NCBI RefSeq assembly: GCF_963921235.1
Contig: NC_086097.1
Coordinates: 253,024,001 to 253,088,000, forward strand
Direction of reading: 5' to 3'
DNA: 64,000 bases
Source: Mobula hypostoma
Lineage: Eukaryota
Shown here: one piece after another, positions 60,278-64,000 of the stretch
How the letters are laid out: each line of letters starts with the position of its first letter
How positions within the stretch are numbered: position 1 is the first letter of the stretch
Notes under the pieces: generated by a model
What the model was told of the DNA's origin: nothing
The model's input: only the letters and a program-made list of their open reading frames with translations
The model's database searches: none
Translations under genes and position numbers: made by a program

Positions 60278-62280
60278 TATATGCCAACTCTGTCCTTGAG
60301 CACATCAACAAGTGTGTAGATAGAGTGACATCACAAAAACACATAAAAGTTTTCTCCAATCAGAAACCATGGATGAACAGAGAAGTTCGCCTCCTGCTCA
60401 AAGCCAGAGATTCAGACTTCAGGAGGCTTACAGCTCAGCCAGGGCCAACCTGAGGAGGGGAATCTCTCAGGCTAAACACACATACAAACAGAGAATCGAG
60501 GAGCATTTCAACTCCTCGGACCCCCGACGCGTGTGGCATGGCATACAGATATTTACAGACTTCAAACCACCTAGTACTATGCCCCCTTCCAGCTCTGCTT
60601 CCCTCCCTGATGAGCTCAATTACTTCTACACTCGCTTTGACCGAGAGAACAAGGAGGTCACCCTCAAAGCGGATCTCCCACCTGCTGAACTGTCTCGCTC
60701 ACTTTCCACCTCTGATGTTTGCGCCACCCTGAGGAGGGTGAATGTACGGAAGACAGCTGGTTTGGATGGAATACCTGGCCGTGTGCTCAGAGTCTGTGCA
60801 GGGCAGTTGGCCGGGGTCTTCACGGACATTTTTAATCTGTCCCTGGCCCAGGCAGTTGTCCCCACAAGCTTCAAGATTGCCACCATCGTGCCAGTAACGA
60901 AGCATTCCACTGCCACGGGCCTGAATGACTTCCGCCCAGTTGCACTCACCCCCATTATTGCAAAATGCTTTGAGAGACTGGTTCCATTGCATCTGAAATC
61001 CTGTCTGCCCACTACCCTGGACCCCCAACAATTTGCCGATCACACCAACAGCTCAACAGAGGACGCCATCTCCACGGCACTTCACTCTGCCCTGACCCAC
61101 CTGGACAGCCCCAACTCTTACGTCAGAATGCTGTTCAATGACTTTAGTTCGGCATTCAATACTGTGATCCCCTCCAAGCTGATCGCCAAACTTCGCCAGC
61201 TTGGTATCAGCGTATCCCTCTGCAATTGGACCTTGGACTTTCTGACTAACAGACCCCAATCAGTTAAATTAGACAACCTCTTCTCCTCCACTCTCACCCT
61301 GAACACCGATGTGCCTCAAGGCTGTGTGCTGAGCCCTCTTCTGTACTCTCTTTTCACCTATGACTGTGTTCCTGTACATGGTTCTAACTCCATAATCAAG
61401 TTCGCAGACGACACCACGGTGGTTGGCCTGATCAGAGGGGATGATGAGACGGCCTACAGGGATGAGGCCCAGCACCTGGCCACGTGGTGTGCCGACAACA
61501 ACCTGGCCCTTAACACCAGAAGACCAAGGAGATTATTGTGGACTTCAGGCATGCTAGGAGCCACACTCACGTACCCATCTACATCAACAGAGCCGTAGTG
61601 GAGCGTGTATCAAGCTTCAAATTCCTTGGTGTCCACATTTCTGAGAATCTCACCTGGTCCCTGAACTCCTCCATCCTGATCAAAAAGGCACAACAGTGCC
61701 TTTATTTCCTGCGGAACATCAAGAAAGCTCTCCTCTGTCCCAGGAGACTGATGGACTTTTACCGCTGTACCATTGACAGCAAACTCACCAACTGCATCTC
61801 AGTGTGGTATGGCAATTGTCCCGTATCGGACCACAAAGCACTCCAGCGTGTGGTGAAAACTGCCCAGCGGATTATCGGCACCCAATTGCCCACCATTGAG
61901 AACATCTACCATAAACGCTGCCTGGGCAGGGTGAAAAGCATTATCAAGGATGCATCTCACCCTAACCATGGACTTTTTACTCTCCTCCCATCCGGTAGGC
62001 GCTACAGGAGCCTCCGCTCCCGCACCAGCAGACACAGGAAGAGCTTCTTCCCTGAGGCTGTGACCCTGCTGAACCTCACACCACAGCGCTAAGCAGTATT
62101 GCACCCATATTGTACTGTCTCAGTACTTTTATATTTGTGTGCTGTAGCACTTACTTTTTATTCGCAGTTATTTTGTAAATAATAGTATTATTTTTCACTT
62201 CTGGTCAGATGCTAATTGCATTTCATTGGCTTTGTATCTGTACTCAGCACAATGACAATAAAGTTGAATCTAATCTAATC
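60278..62280 (+). mobile_element. 5'-truncated Rex1/Babar-type LINE (RT, frameshifted)
   Basis: ORFs 60369-61598 and 61538-62092: [60 protein letters not shown] plus (aatct)n tail. Confidence 0.9.
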
Positions 62281-62923
62281 ACAGGTAGATAGGGTAGTTA
62301 GGAAAACTTATGGGGCGTTAGCTTTCATAAGTCGAGGGATAGAGTTTAAGAGTTGCGATGTAATGATGTGGCTCTATAAAACTCTGGTTAGGCCACACTT
62401 GGAGTACTGTGTCCAGTTCTGGTCGCCTCACTATAAGAAGGATGTGGAAGCATTGGAAAGGGTACAGAGGAGATTTACCAGGATGCTGCCTGGTTTAGAG
62501 AGTACGCATTATGATCAGAGATTAAGGGAGCTAGGACTTTACTCTTTGGAGAGAAGGAGGATGAGAGGAGACATGATAGAGGTATACAAGATAATAAGAG
62601 GAATAGATAGAGTGGATAGTCAGCGTCTCTTCCCCAGGGCACCACTGCTCAATACAAGAGGACATAGCTTTAAGGTAAGGGGTGGGAAGTTCAAGGGGGA
62701 TATTAGAGGAAGGTTTTTTACTCAGAGAGTGGTTGGTGCGTGGAGTACACTGCCTGAGTCAGTGGTGGAGGCAGATACACTAGTGAAGTTTAAGAGACTA
62801 CTAGATGGGTATATGGAGGAATTTAAGGTGGGGGCTTATATGGGAGGCAGGGTTTGAGGGTTGGCACAACATTGTGGGCCGAAGGGCCTGTACTGTGTTG
62901 TACTATTCTATGTTCTATGTTCT
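62281..62923 (+). mobile_element. CR1 LINE 3' fragment
   Basis: ORF 62363-62857; (ttctatg)n tail; near-identical to 4925-5337. Confidence 0.92.
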
Positions 62924-64000
62924 AATAAGAAACAACCTCTCCACATCCACTTTAATAAAGCTTTTCACCATTCAATAGGTTTCAATTAGGTCATTCCTCA
63001 TTCTTCTGAATTCCAGATCCCAGAGCCATCAAACACTCTTCATTTGACAAGCCGTTGGATCCAGGAATCCTTTTCGTGAACCTCCTCAGAGCCCTCTACA
63101 GTTTCAACACATCCTTTCTAAGCTAAGGGGCTCAAAACTGCTCACAACGCTCCAAGTGAGGCCTTACCAGTGCTTTATAAAGTCTCAACCTCCTTGCTTC
63201 TAGTCCTCTTCAAATGAATGCTAACATTCCATTTGCCTTCTTCACCACAGACTCAACCTGCAAATGCTTGTTAAGCAGCCTCATGTGTGGCTCTTTGTCA
63301 AAGTCCTTCTGAAAATCCAAGTGCAACATCAAACGATTCTTCTTTGTCTATGGTGCTTACTATTTCTTCAAAGAATTACAACAGATTTGTCAGGCAAGAT
63401 TTTCCCTTGAGGAAACCATTCTGACTATAGCTTATTTTATCATGTGCCTCCAAGTACCCTGAAACCTCATCCTTAACAATCGACTCCAATGCCTTCCCAA
63501 CCACTGAGGTCAGACTAACTGGCCTATAGTTTCCTTTCTTCCACTTCTCTTGAAGAGTGAAGTAACATTTGTAATTGTCCATTCTTCCCGAAACATTCCA
63601 GAATCTAATGATTCTTGAAAGATCATTACTAATACCTCCATGATCTCTTCAGCCACCTCTTTCAGAACTCTGGGGTGTACACCCTCAGGTCCAGGTGACT
63701 TATCTACCTTCAGACCTTTCAGTTTCCCAAGAACCTTCTCTCTAGTTATGGTAACTTCACACACTTCATGACCCCGTGTCACCCAGAACTTCCACCATAC
63801 TTCTGCTGTCTCCCATCCTGAAGACTGATGCAAAATACTTATTCAGTTCGTCTGCCATTTCCTTGTCTTCCATTACTACCTCTCCAGCATCATTTTCCTA
63901 CGATCTGATATCCGCTCTCACCTCTCTTTTACACTTTATGTACTGTATCTGAAGAAACTTTTGGTATTTTCTTTACTATTACTGGTTAGCTTAGTTTTAT

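Larger units (their letters stand above)
59975..64000 (-). mobile_element. Older CR1 LINE split by the 60278-62924 insertion; runs off the window end
   Basis: 3' part 59975-60277 ends 'ctctcccaccataagaa' and resumes 'ataagaaacaacctctccac' at 62925; KSPGPEG and NYRPVSLTS motifs. Confidence 0.85.

Overview
Eukaryotic, repeat-saturated DNA with no host protein-coding exon that I can support; it is intergenic or deep intronic. The repeat mix (dominant CR1 LINEs, Rex1/Babar-type LINE ends, HE1-like V-SINEs, Penelope-like elements) points to a cartilaginous fish (inference). The main contents are a near-full-length CR1 (35062-39295) with an intact Zn-finger/leucine-zipper/SGNH-esterase ORF1 and a broken APE-RT ORF2, many 5'-truncated and nested CR1s, and a Rex1/Babar LINE. 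There are also Penelope-like (RT + GIY-YIG) remnants, tRNA-derived SINEs with TSDs, a solo LTR, Tc1/mariner and Harbinger remnants, and minisatellites that arose inside TEs. The most interesting signal is self-cleaving RNA. First, a ~260-bp non-coding RTE-derived element begins with a twister-ribozyme motif, and its three copies with a 5' end all start at the predicted cleavage site. Second, minimal hammerhead motifs lie in the Penelope terminal repeats, one folded back into a 75-bp-arm palindrome at its stem II. Also notable are two unrelated CR1s inserted at the same phase of one minisatellite. All family names come from motif recognition by eye, and most boundaries are approximate unless a TSD is quoted.
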